Below, one piece after another: positions 23,974 to 34,653 of a stretch of DNA of 44,566 bases. Location: the NCBI RefSeq assembly GCF_001194135.2, contig NC_068984.1, positions 84,378,418-84,422,983 on the forward strand, in the 5' to 3' direction. A program made the position numbers and the translations under genes. The notes under the pieces are model-generated. The model saw only the letters and a program-made list of their open reading frames with translations, ran no database searches and was not told where the DNA came from. Every line of letters starts with the position of its first letter. The first letter of the stretch is position 1. The DNA comes from Octopus bimaculoides. Its lineage: Eukaryota.

Positions 23974-25509
23974 GAGAGCTTTCAGTTTCTGTCTACAAAA
24001 TCCAGTCAAAGTTTTGGTTGGCCCAGGGTCAAAGTAGTGAAACTGAACCCGAAACTATGTGGTTAGGATGCAAACTTCTTAACCATACAGCCATGCCTGC
24101 ACCTCTTCTTAATTGGAGACAGATAATAATTAAAAGAGACTGCAGTAAAAGCAATTGTTTACTCTCAGTTTTGCCTTGACTGGCTACAGTACTCAATGTG
24201 TCTTTCCTTATTTAAGATAAAAGGGTGTAATCTAAGAGACATGTCACTGCTATTTCTAGCCTATTCAGTAACTGCATAGGCACTCTCTCCCAAGGTTAGC
24301 TTAGTGAATGTTAATTGGTAGAGTAGTTGTTTAGCCCTATGTCAACCCTCGTCAAAAGTATTCTAGCAATAAACATCATGTCTTTTATTTTCAATCAGTG
24401 TATCAGGGACTATATTATCCAATGTAAGGCAAGACTTGGCTGCTATTTCTAGCAATTAAGTGAGTAGCTAGAGGTTTCCTCGTTTAAAAATGCTTTACCT
24501 CTAGTTAGCTTAATTAGCAGATTTATAATTAAAGTCATTCCAGTCACGACCACTCCATCACTTTGTATTATTAGGACTATATTGTTCAATGTGTCCATTC
24601 TTTAAAATGCTAGGCTGTGAATTGAGGAGATTTGGCAGCTATTTGCAACTGGTCAAGCAACTGTGTAGAAGCTCCCTGGTTACAGATAAAAAAAATAACA
24701 GTTACCAAATTTAGAACAGAAACTCAATCACTCAAAGCAGTAGAGATGAGAGTAAAAGGTATCAAACTAACATACTACTTACTGGTTAACAAGAAAACAG
24801 AGAGTCTGCTAACAAAAGCTATGGAATAAATTTATCTCTGAAGATTATATCATAAAATCAATTCGTCAATTGAGAATATTGATTAAGTTATGGATGCAGG
24901 CATGGCTGTATGGCCAAGAAGTTCACTTCTTAACCACATGGTTTCAAGTTCATTACCATTGCATGGCATGTTGGGATAGAGTCTCCTACAATAGACCCAA
25001 GCCAACCAAAGCTTTGTAAGTGAATTTAGTAGATGGAAATTGAAAAAAAAGAACAAAATGTATTTGTTCTTGCTTACTGTGGCTGGGATATTTGTCTCCT
25101 TCCAATACATATTGAGTTTTTAAACACAGAACCTGTATAAATGAGGCTACTTCAGGACAAATACTGCTTGCCTTTCAACAGTGTATTTACATTAAGTGTG
25201 AGAGATAAATAGTACTGCTTCCACTGCATATAACAGGTGGGTATGCATGTATTATGCACATACATATGAGTGTATGTGTATGCTGTCTTGTTTTTATATT
25301 GTGCGATAGTTGTAAGCGAACATCACTGTTATACAGTATAATTTATTTCCAGTCTTCTTAGAAATATGACCAATCATACAAAATCTAGCTCAACAAACTC
25401 CATCTGAGGCAGGTAAACATAGAAACCTTCAAGGTGGTGCCCCAGTATGGCCACAGCCCAATCAATGAAAAAATAAAAGATAAAAATAAATAAGTAAAAA
25501 AATACTCAC

Positions 25510-25598
25510 ACTAATTGCTGTATTAGAGAGGTTAAGAACACAAAGCAATGGGTAAGCTTTCAAGTAGCGAATACCATGGATTGTTAATTCAGGGTTTT
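25510..25598 (-). CDS. LRRC42: LRRC42 coding exon 3 (89 nt)
   Basis: Acceptor atttcctAG and donor GTGAGT; encodes ENPELTIHGIRYLKAYPLLCVLNLSNTAIS, an LRR unit like vertebrate NPEITDAGIGYL...LDISGT. Confidence 0.9.
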
Positions 25599-25754
25599 CT
25601 AGGAAATATAAATAAATCATAAAAGTAAGTAAATTTAGTCTGTGCCGGAACAAGAGATTTGATGAATATGAATGGTAAAGAATAAAAATGTATAGCACAA
25701 AGTGAGAAATTTAGAGAGAAAAATTTTTTTAAAAAAGGTAAAAAGAGGAGATAC

Positions 25755-25873
25755 CTGAAAGATCAAGAGCCTTAAGTAATTTTGGTCCTCGGTTGAACAT
25801 CCGCAATGGCAGAGTCAGTTTCTGCAAACCGCGGCTTGTTAAGGCATTATCTTGAAGTGATAGAGTATTCAAG
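25755..25873 (-). CDS. LRRC42: LRRC42 coding exon 2 (119 nt)
   Basis: Acceptor ctgtttcAG and donor GTATCT; encodes LNTLSLQDNALTSRGLQKLTLPLRMFNRGPKLLKALDLS, like vertebrate LHLKDNCLSDAGVRKMTAPVRVMKRGLENLTLLDLS. Confidence 0.92.
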
Positions 25874-26760
25874 CTGAAACAGTTAATGAAAACTTTATTA
25901 AATGTCTCTGTTAGGCTATTAATAAGATTACCATTTCCCAAACTAATTAACCTCATCTTTAGAGGCAATAGATATTTATTTTTTTACCTCAGTATTTACA
26001 TCTATACTATATTTTAATTGATTCTTATCCACTAAGATACTGATGTTAATTTTTAGTTTAGAAAATAAGATTCCAGGTTCAAATCTAATCAGTGTACTAC
26101 ACATCTTGGAATAAGACACCTGGTGACAATTCACACATCAAAGCTATCAAAACATTATAGATATAAACCACTTTAAAGAGAGTTTAATAGTTTGAAAAAA
26201 TCTTATTAAGCTTTATTTTTCTCATTCTAGAAGAGTTAGGCGATTCTAATTTTGATGTTACAGTCCAAAGAATAAGTTGTAAATTTTTTAGCAACCAGAT
26301 GATCATTATATTTGAGGCTTCAGAAATAAACAAAACCTATAAAATGTAAATTATTGAAAGAAAATACTGCTGAAATACCATAATTCCTCACATGTAAAAA
26401 AAAATAGAATTTTTCAATTCTTAAGGAAAAAAGTCACACACACAGACTCACTCACAATAGCAGATGCCCTTTCCAGTGGATACCTTTCTATGACACAAGT
26501 AAGTCACTGCATGGTCACTCAGCCTACTAGAAATCACAGCCAAGTATCCACGAATCACATCCTACCAACTTTAATAAAGGAAAGGACACATGAAATAATG
26601 TAGACTTAAATACCCTTGAAAAAATGGGATGATCACAGCTAGTTTGTCTTTGGTCATAGGTCAAAACATTAATAACCAAACAACCATGATGAATGACCTG
26701 ATCTGAAAATAGGATTCCTCACAGAATTAAAAAAAAAAAAACTATATATATAAAATCTTG

Positions 26761-27212
26761 TGGCTGAGTTCCTTTCGAGTGTTGGGCTTCACAGAGGCAA
26801 GGTGGCTGAGTTCCTTTCGAGCATTGGGCCTCACAGAGGCAAAGTGACTGAGTTCTTTTCGAGTGTTGGGCCCCGCGGAGGCAATGACCAAGATCTTTTG
26901 CATTATGTCATGCTTGAGATGAAGACCCATTAAGGCAAGCAAAATCGCAGTCGTGGCAGATACTGGTGTCATGCAAATTAGCACCCATACCAGTGGCACG
27001 TAAACGCACCCTGGTATCACACAAATGGCACCCGTGCCGGTGGCACATAAAAGCACCCATTACACTCTCGGAGTGGTTGGAGTTAGAAAGGGCATCCAGC
27101 CATAGAAAACCATACCAAATCAGACTGGAGGCTGGTGCAGCCTTCCAGTATGCCAGCCCAGTCAAACCATCCAACCCATGCCAGCATGGATAACAGATGT
27201 TAAATGATGATT
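26761..27212 (+). mobile_element. Family C repeat, longer copy with three internal ~42-bp tandem units
   Basis: Same 3' end and ATGATG tail as 16293-16505; units G(G/A)CTGAGTTC(C/T)TTTCGAG...GAGGCAA at about 26762, 26804 and 26846. Confidence 0.8.
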
Positions 27213-27219
27213 GTCTCTA

Positions 27220-27260
<41 letters not shown>

Positions 27261-28101
27261 TCTAATGTATCCTTTCCTAATTTTAAACAACAGGCTGTGA
27301 TATAATGGTCCAGCTAGATATAGTGTATGACCTACTATATTTAGCAAGTCATGGGCTTGAAGTAAACATCATCAACATCATTTTAACATCTTTTCCATGC
27401 TTGCATGGGTCAGGGTTTTCTACAGCCAGATGCTCTTCCTTGTGCCAATTCATACGTTTCCAAACAAGGTAATAATCCCCCAGTCTCTTGAACAAGGAAC
27501 AGCCTGGACATGGAGAACTGGAAATAACTGACACCATTTGAATGCCCTCTTTGTTTACAAAGACCATGTAGCATGTCAAGAAGCCCAGATGTGCTTCAGC
27601 CATGGACTGCAAGGAAACAACATCACCTGTTTGAAAGTAATACTTTTGTTTACAATCAGTGAATACACACAAAAACGAGGGAAAATATGAACTCACAGAC
27701 AAGCACAGAAGATTTCATGCATACTATGGCCTTCTTTAGTTTCCAACAACCAATTTCACTCACAAAGTACTGGTTGACCTGGAACTCTAATACAGGATGC
27801 CAGCTGACAACAGCCATGCAGTGGAACTGAACTCCTAAGCATGTGGTTCCAAAGTGAACTTCTTAACCACACATCCATGTGCACATCTCAGGTGGTAGGA
27901 TGTAATTTCAGGGATATTTGGTTGCTATTATTAACAAGTTGAGTTACTACAGATAGGAATTTTTTTTGTTTTCTTTCTTGAATTTTATCTAAGTACATAG
28001 ATTAAATATAATTTAAAATGTAGTGGTTTGAATAAAACATTCAAAAGTGGTTAACTGAATACACAAACTTTAATATAGGTAGAAAAATGTAATGAACTTA
28101 C

Positions 28102-28496
28102 TTTGTAAAACAACTCAATTTGTATAAAATTTCATGGTCATCAGATAATCCACAGTGGCTGAGGTTCAAGGACTGCACACCAGCAAACAGAAGGAAATCA
28201 TCAGACAAATAGTTCACCAGCAGATGTTCTCGACTTAAATATAAACTCTGTAGGAATTCAGTGCTGAAGGCTGTGGAAAAGAGTTCAAGGCGTTGGATAA
28301 CAGTAGAATCTGGTTGAGCAAATTGTTCATTGCGTTCGGCAGCAAGGAAGATTTCTTTACCAAGAAGGTCAGGAAAGTGTTGGAATGATTCAACCAAGTC
28401 CAAATTGTCAGCTACGAAGTTAATACATAAAGACAAAAGGGATGGAACAGACTGCCAGGAAAATCTCTCACAGTTAGCTGGAGAACCAGCTGACAT
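28102..28496 (-). CDS. LRRC42: LRRC42 coding exon 1 (395 coding nt), leucine-rich repeat-containing protein 42
   Basis: MSAG...SVPSLLSLCINFVADNLDLVESFQHFPDLLGKEIFLAAE...LNLSHCGLSDDHEIL, recognisably like LRRC42 (SLFSLVLGFISDNVDHIDSLIGFPEQIAEKLFSAAE; LDLSCCKLGDEHELL); donor AA/GTAAGT at 28101; strong acceptor upstream at 28580-28579. Start codon choice is inferred. Confidence 0.9.
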
Positions 28497-29143
28497 CTTA
28501 CACAAAGAAATCCTGTCTCAATAATGGTGTAAGATACACTAACTTCATTGTGACAGATTCATGCCACCAGATTCAAATCTACAATGAAAAAAGAAAAAAA
28601 TAACATCAAATAGATGGTATGTAATTCAATGAACAGAGTTCTTCAGGAGGCGCTATAGTAATCCACCGGATTATTGTGATACCGCTATTTTCATTGTGGT
28701 ATAGACTAAAAGAGGATTTTTATTTTAGAAAGTATTTTTATAACATTCTTTAAGCTTGTAGCAAGTGTGAAAACTATAATACAAGCTAATGAAACAACTA
28801 TTTAGTGCCCCTGTATTACAGCAGTAAACTGTACGTCCACGTGATAACTAGTTATAATTAGGTTAATCCATCCATGTAATCATGTAAATCCATGAACAAT
28901 GTAGGCGCTCTAGAATTACCTCCCTTCTCTGTTTTTTAGCTGCAATAGTTGACTTGTAAAAGTTCAAGAGAAACATTAATGGCATCAATTACACTAGTCT
29001 TAGAGGGCCAGCAAAGCCTCTTCTACCAGATCCAGAAGATTAGAAAAAAAATAAAGTGAAAATAAAGGTATCAGAGGGGCGATGCATACCCGGCACGCAG
29101 ATAAATCTTTTCACAAATTATAGTGTGGCTTACAATGCGTTGC

Positions 29144-29153
29144 NNNNNNNNNN
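29144..29153. other. 10-N gap flanked by an identical 212-bp duplication (28932-29143 = 29154-29365)
   Basis: Direct comparison; typical unmerged contig overlap. Confidence 0.9.
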
Positions 29154-29282
29154 TTTTTTAGCTGCAATAGTTGACTTGTAAAAGTTCAAGAGAAACATTA
29201 ATGGCATCAATTACACTAGTCTTAGAGGGCCAGCAAAGCCTCTTCTACCAGATCCAGAAGATTAGAAAAAAAATAAAGTGAA

Positions 29283-29742
29283 AATAAAGGTATCAGAGGG
29301 GCGATGCATACCCGGCACGCAGATAAATCTTTTCACAAATTATAGTGTGGCTTACAATGCGTTGCTTACTCATGCTTTTTAATTGAACTGAATTAACCTT
29401 TGTAAGTGTTTGACTAAACTTGGTTAAGAAATTTGTACGATTTAAAAAAATTTTTTTTTTTTGTTAAGTATCACTCCGGTGAAATTAAGAAATCAACTTG
29501 TAAATAAGCAAAACACTCAAATCCATCGCTGCACAGACACACACACAGTTACATATCTATGAATGTATTTATGTATGCTTGAAGACAATCAAACCAAATT
29601 TTCATCATTTTGAACCACTCACCCACTGAGTATTTTTGCCAAATTTGGTAAAAATCTGTTCAGCCATTTTCCAGTAATTTTGCAACCACACAGACAAAGT
29701 GATTACAATACCCTGCTTTCGCTTATGCACCCAGGGTAATTA
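29283..29742 (+). mobile_element. Probable Helentron-associated (HINE/DINE-1-like) non-autonomous element
   Basis: 3' end CAGACAAAGTGATTACAA followed by hairpin TACCCTG-16 nt-CAGGGTA and AAT, internal AAATTTGGTAAAAATCTGTTCAGCCATTTT motif and short (CA)n; architecture resembles mollusc HINEs. Confidence 0.4.
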
Positions 29743-30107
29743 AGTATGGTAAGCATGGACATAATACAATACTGATGACAAGATATAAAATACTGATTTT
29801 TGACAACCAACAATCAACCACAAGGAAACAATTTTGAAACTCACATTCTCTAGTCTTGAACAACACAGTTAAAACCATCAAAACTGAAAAAAAAAAAAAA
29901 AAGCCAAGCCCCACATAGTCTATCTTTCCTGGCAACACCCACAAACATAATAACCAAAACAACATTCTAAAGATGACCTTTTCTTGAAGTTAAAAAAATA
30001 CTTCAATTCCGAAACACAGTGGCTATTGCTGCCCCACCCCATTCCACATCCCCAAATACTACCCAACTGATTGGCGAAGATTCACTGACCAGTATGCTAC
30101 AACCTGT

Positions 30108-30285
30108 GGCAAGATGGCAGAATTGTTAGCATATTGGGCAAAATGCTTAGTGGCATTTCATCCGTCTTTATGTTTTGAGTTCAAATTCCACTGAGGTCAA
30201 CTTTGCCTTTCATCCTTTAGGGATGTAATCAACTTTCCCTCTCCCCCGAAATTGCTGACCTTGCACCAAAATGCGAAACCAATAT
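30108..30285 (+). mobile_element. SINE family B
   Basis: GGCAGAATTGTTAGC...GTTCAAATTCCACTGAGGTCAACTTTGCCTTTCATCC. Confidence 0.8.
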
Positions 30286-30384
30286 TAAAATTAATATCTT
30301 TCATTACACCTGTAATTTGACTGAAAATTCTTTGGGATTCACATTTCATCAGCCTGCACTTAACTATCTATTTTAAAGGTTATG

Positions 30385-30580
30385 GTGTTTAGCTCCAGGT
30401 CCCTTGACTAAGCAGCTCTATAATCAAAAGCTGTGCAGCCATGTCCATCTTGATTTTTGTATAACAGGGATTACCACACTGTCTACTTTATTCTTTGCTT
30501 TTTAAGACAGTAGGATGTGGGTTGAGGGAGATTTGGCTGTTATTTCTAGCAACCATTTAGAGGCATCCTTGTTGGCTTAT
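30385..30580 (+). mobile_element. Family E interspersed repeat (other degenerate copies near 7170, 8280, 12370, 24330, 26470, 32500, 32830, 36290 and 36530)
   Basis: Recurrent motifs ATGATCAAAGGCATTCCAGCCATGACCATCC and GATTTGGCTGCTATTTCTAGCA. Confidence 0.6.
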
Positions 30581-30989
30581 CTAAATTTCATCTTGTATCT
30601 TTTACTTGTCTCAGTCATTTGACTGTGACCAAGCAGGAGTAGTAGTGCATTGGAGAATTTTTAGTAGAATGAATCAACTCCAGTACTTCTTTTTTTCATT
30701 TTTAAGCCTGGTGTTTATTTCATCGGTCTCTTTTGCTGAATCTATTACCTTCAAATACATCTCTATATTATGTTCATGAAAAATTTCATGAAAAAATATG
30801 CACTACTGAGTTATAAGAAAACGTCAGGTTGGGCACTAAACTGTAGATAATTGTTAAAAGTTCCTCACATTACTCTAATTTGATTCAGCATCTAACAATA
30901 TCTCAGTAACTCTTTTTGTAATATGCCTCTGAGGTATTTGGTGACTTGCTGTACTCAACAAGACCCATATTCCACAGCAGAAGTGTTAA

Positions 30990-31197
30990 GGCCACTCCCC
31001 CTGGTGAAGAGGACTGGTCTGCAAGAGTTCTGTGCCAGTGCCACGTAAAAAGCACTCAACACATTCAGTAAAATGGTTGGCATTAGGAAGGACATCCAGC
31101 TGTAGAAACCATGCCAAATCCGACTGGAGTCTTGTGCAGCTCTGGTCAAACCATCCAACCCATACAAGCATGGAAAACAGATGCATGGTGATGATCA
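30990..31197 (+). mobile_element. Family C repeat
   Basis: Homologous to 16293-16505. Confidence 0.75.
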
Positions 31198-33566
31198 CAC
31201 TTAAGTAGAATTAGCACAATTTCTTATACAACCTTTGAATTTTAGGGATCAAACTGAGATGGTCTTTAAATTATAGTTATCATATAAGTGCTTGCATGAA
31301 GAATTTTTATAGCTGAATTTTTCTTATGTGCATCCATCTCTTTCCTGTAATAGGATTTAGAATTTCAAACAGAGAGTTTGAGCATGTTAGTCATTATTTA
31401 TAAGAAATAAAATAGGGAAACCATTAACTTTATTTTCTATTAAAGAACCCAGTGACAAACAAAAAGTCTTTAGTGATTTGAGAGTATTATTACAATGTAA
31501 GTACATCATACACCCACAAGTAAAGACATTAATATTTCTTAATCTTTTCTTCTTAGAATTTAAATTTCAATAACCTGAATATTTTGTAACATTTCAGTAT
31601 TAAACACAATTTTGCTAATGAGACAACAAATGGAACACTGGGATATGCCCTTCAAACAGAGACTGTCCAGGTCAAACTAGGTCACATGGTAAGCCTACAA
31701 ATTCACCAACTACGCAGAAGACTGTTCTTGTTGCACAGATGATTTATTTCTCCAAATATAGTGCACATAAATTGCAAATATGGAAACTTTCCCCCTTAAT
31801 TGCACTTACAGAAACAAATTTGTCCATGCCAATTACAACTTGACAATGTGGAACTTGTGTGTTAAAAACATTACAGCAAGTTTATTGACTGAACTAACAA
31901 TCCTGCTTATTGAGAAGCTGAACACGCTTAAAACTCATAACAAAACGCTTACATACATGTCCATGTGTTGCATGACTAGGGGGAAAAATGACAAAAAAGA
32001 AAGATTACTAAATTCGTATCTAGATTGTAGGAAACAGAAACAAAATGTATGAAAATTGTTAAATTTCTCTCCAAAAGACTACGAGCGTAAATTCGCAACA
32101 CTGCAAAATTTACGAGTTGCATTAAAAGGTTGATACAATCGTAACTATAGTTGAATCATAAAATGACCTGTTACTAGTTTATGTTAATTGTCTTCTAGAC
32201 CATGGTTTGCTACTAAGTTGGTTGAAAATAACAATTATGCTGCAGGAGTTAATGACCAGGTAGTGTATGAAAGAGCACTTCCTAAACAACCACTCTTTTT
32301 TCTAATTAGATAACAAGCAAACCTAGACCACGTAAGCTTTTATTAAAAATCTCCCACATACACGCAATCAAGTCAATGTGTGCGTGAACAGAACGATCTA
32401 CTACATTTTCCAATGTATTTTGACAACTTTTCCAAAACATTTATTTTTGCCATTTCATACCTCAGTTGTCATTCTTATGTGGCATCAAGTCAACCGTAAA
32501 AAAAAAAAAAACAGACCTATGATGAAAGGCATTCCAGTCGGGACCACCACATAGTATTACCGAGTTCAATGAATCCTTCTTTCTCTAAGTTAAGAGCTAT
32601 AACATGAAAGTTCGGATATTATTTCTAGCAGGTCGAACGACGATATATTGGCTCCCTCAATTAGTTAGCATCCTTCGTTGACATTTGAATACTAGAGATA
32701 ATAATTTTCTTTTATGCCGACCGTGGAATTGTTTTTCAAACATACATAAGTACAGAGTGGCGAGTATAAACACTCAAAGATGTTAGAATTGTTAAATTTC
32801 ACAGCTGTATTTTTAATAAAAGGTAGAGATTGTTGTTTAACCCGGGGTCATTACTGGTTGAACAAACGTCTAAGAATGGTCATTCTAGCCATGACCGTTG
32901 CTTTTTTTTCCTGTTTTGGAATAGTATACCCAAGACATTATCCAACGCGTCCTTTGAGAAGACCGTTGAGGTTTGAAGCAAATTTGGTTGCTATTTCTGA
33001 CAAGTCCATCAATCACGTAGAGGTTCCGTAATGGTGATGGTTCGTTCATATAAAGAGCATATACTTATTAGAAAAGAATTCGGACAAAAAAAATTCGAAG
33101 ATATTGACTATTATGCAAGCTGTAAATAATGAGATTAAGCGCTGACTGAAGTTACTAAACGATTGATATATTAAATATTGTAACATTAAACAGTAGATAC
33201 CTAGCAAATTTACTGATGTTGAGCCTCAGTAAAGAGTAATACAAATAATTCAAATAGTGAAAAACAAGTTTATGCAGATAGAAAACTTCGTCGGCGGGAA
33301 ATGAAATGTCAATTGGAATAGTAATAAAATAATAAACTTGCATAAATGAGATGAGGTAAAAAAAGGATGAAAGGGTAATATGCGTAAGTTTGGAGGGAGG
33401 CGACAATGGTCAGAAAGGAGAAAATAAAAGGAAGCGCTCTCCAACGAAGAATTCATGCTCGAAACATGAGATTTATCTTCTTTCTCAGAATAAAACTTAG
33501 TCCATTGTATGGACGAATTATTATCACTGTTAACTCGACTGACATTAATAGAATTATTCAACTCAC

Positions 33567-33640
33567 CTGCTCTGTATTGCAGATTCCCGCGGTTTTAGGC
33601 AGAGTTAAAATCGGAAATGTGTAAAGGAACGATCAAACCG
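33567..33640 (-). other. LRRC42: Putative non-coding first exon of LRRC42 (5' boundary unknown)
   Basis: Consensus donor CAG/GTGAGT at 33569-33561 within the unique CpG-containing sequence next to the IFT25 start; the 5' UTR portion of the next exon is closed in all frames. Confidence 0.55.
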
Positions 33641-33942
33641 CTCAGGTTTTATATATTTTATTTGGTTTCAACTAAAATGTAAATAATATTTTTTTTTCTA
33701 TCTCGTAACAATAAATTAATTGCTTTAAAAAATTTATTATTACATTGAATTGTTTTATAAAATCAAATCATTTCTGAAAAGTAAATTATTTTTATTTTAT
33801 TTCACTTTGGCTTGTTGACAAGACGTGGACATCGTTTTTCGTTTTCACGGTAAACATTTTATTCTAATGTTTTTTAGTTAACTATAAATCTGAAACTTGG
33901 CAGTTGTTACTTGTACAACGAAACTACAATTGATACAAGAGA
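33640..33942. promoter_or_regulatory. Putative bidirectional promoter of LRRC42 and IFT25
   Basis: Only 376 bp separate the LRRC42 exon-1 donor and the IFT25 ATG; repeat-free; contains GTAAACA (33850-33856) and an X-box-like 14-mer (33906-33919). Confidence 0.55.
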
Positions 33943-34034
33943 ATGTTAGATTTAGCACTTTCAGAAAATGGCACTAAAATTGGTCTGGCCACTTCCAGCG
34001 ATGAAGAATATCCGCCAGAAAATATAATCGATGG
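33943..34034 (+). CDS. IFT25: IFT25/HSPB11 coding exon 1 (intraflagellar transport protein 25)
   Basis: MLDLALSENGTKIGLATSSDEEYPPENIIDG, matching IFT25 (IDLCLSSEGSEVILATSSDEKHPPENIIDG); donor GG/GTAAG. Confidence 0.92.
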
Positions 34035-34093
34035 GTAAGGGATTCTATTCCAACTCACATTTATCTAACACCTGCCTGCATTTTTGTTTATTT

Positions 34094-34107
34094 GTTGCCA
34101 TAGTTTC
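34094..34107 (+). promoter_or_regulatory. RFX X-box-like site in IFT25 intron 1
   Basis: GTTGCCATAGTTTC: perfect GTTGCC half-site, AT spacer, partial second half; 60 nt past the exon 1 donor. Confidence 0.4.
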
Positions 34108-34216
34108 AGAAACAATAATTTACTGTATTTACTAATTCTGTGGTCGCTTGTCTTTTGAGAAATAAAAACTAAAATGCCTTAAATCTCATCCTAACATTAA
34201 AAAAAAAAATGAAGAT

Positions 34217-34653
34217 CACATTAAATGGATATTCCAGAGTTTAAGTTCCGAAACAGAAAATTTTCAAAATAGAAAATAAGTTGGTTGATCCATTTGCGCA
34301 TGCAAAAATATGCATTATTTTACAAGTTACTGGGAAACGATCAAGTTAATGAAATTTCATAATTCTTTTTAAGTTTTCAACTTCAAACGGACGTTTTAGC
34401 TAGTACGCTGTCTTCTTTCCTTTTCTTAATACCTGTCTTTTTTATAGAAGCGTTCTAACCAAGACCATCCCGTTTCTTTTCTTTTTTTCTTAATCACATT
34501 TTAGTGACTTCCTTCCACCTAGGACTTTGTTTTCTTGTAACTTTTTTAATAAGGCATATTTTGTACAAAAAAATCAACCAACTTAATTTCTATTTTGAAA
34601 ATTATGTTTTGAAGTTTTTGAACTCCGAGATATCCCATTAAATAATGTCGACC
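34217..34653. mobile_element. Degenerate foldback/MITE with ~75-bp inverted arms
   Basis: 34217-34289 matches the reverse complement of 34573-34653 (shared AATTTTCAAAATAGAAA(A/T)TAAGTTGGTTGAT and ATGG(G)ATAT...GAGTT). Confidence 0.55.

Noticed and set aside
28932-29365. Perfect 212-bp tandem duplication
   Set aside because: The copies sit on either side of a 10-N gap and are identical: unmerged contig overlap.
33250-33561. 103-aa minus-strand ORF as a possible LRRC42 N-terminal exon
   Set aside because: It begins inside the exon-1 donor site (intronic) and has no resemblance to the LRRC42 N-terminus.
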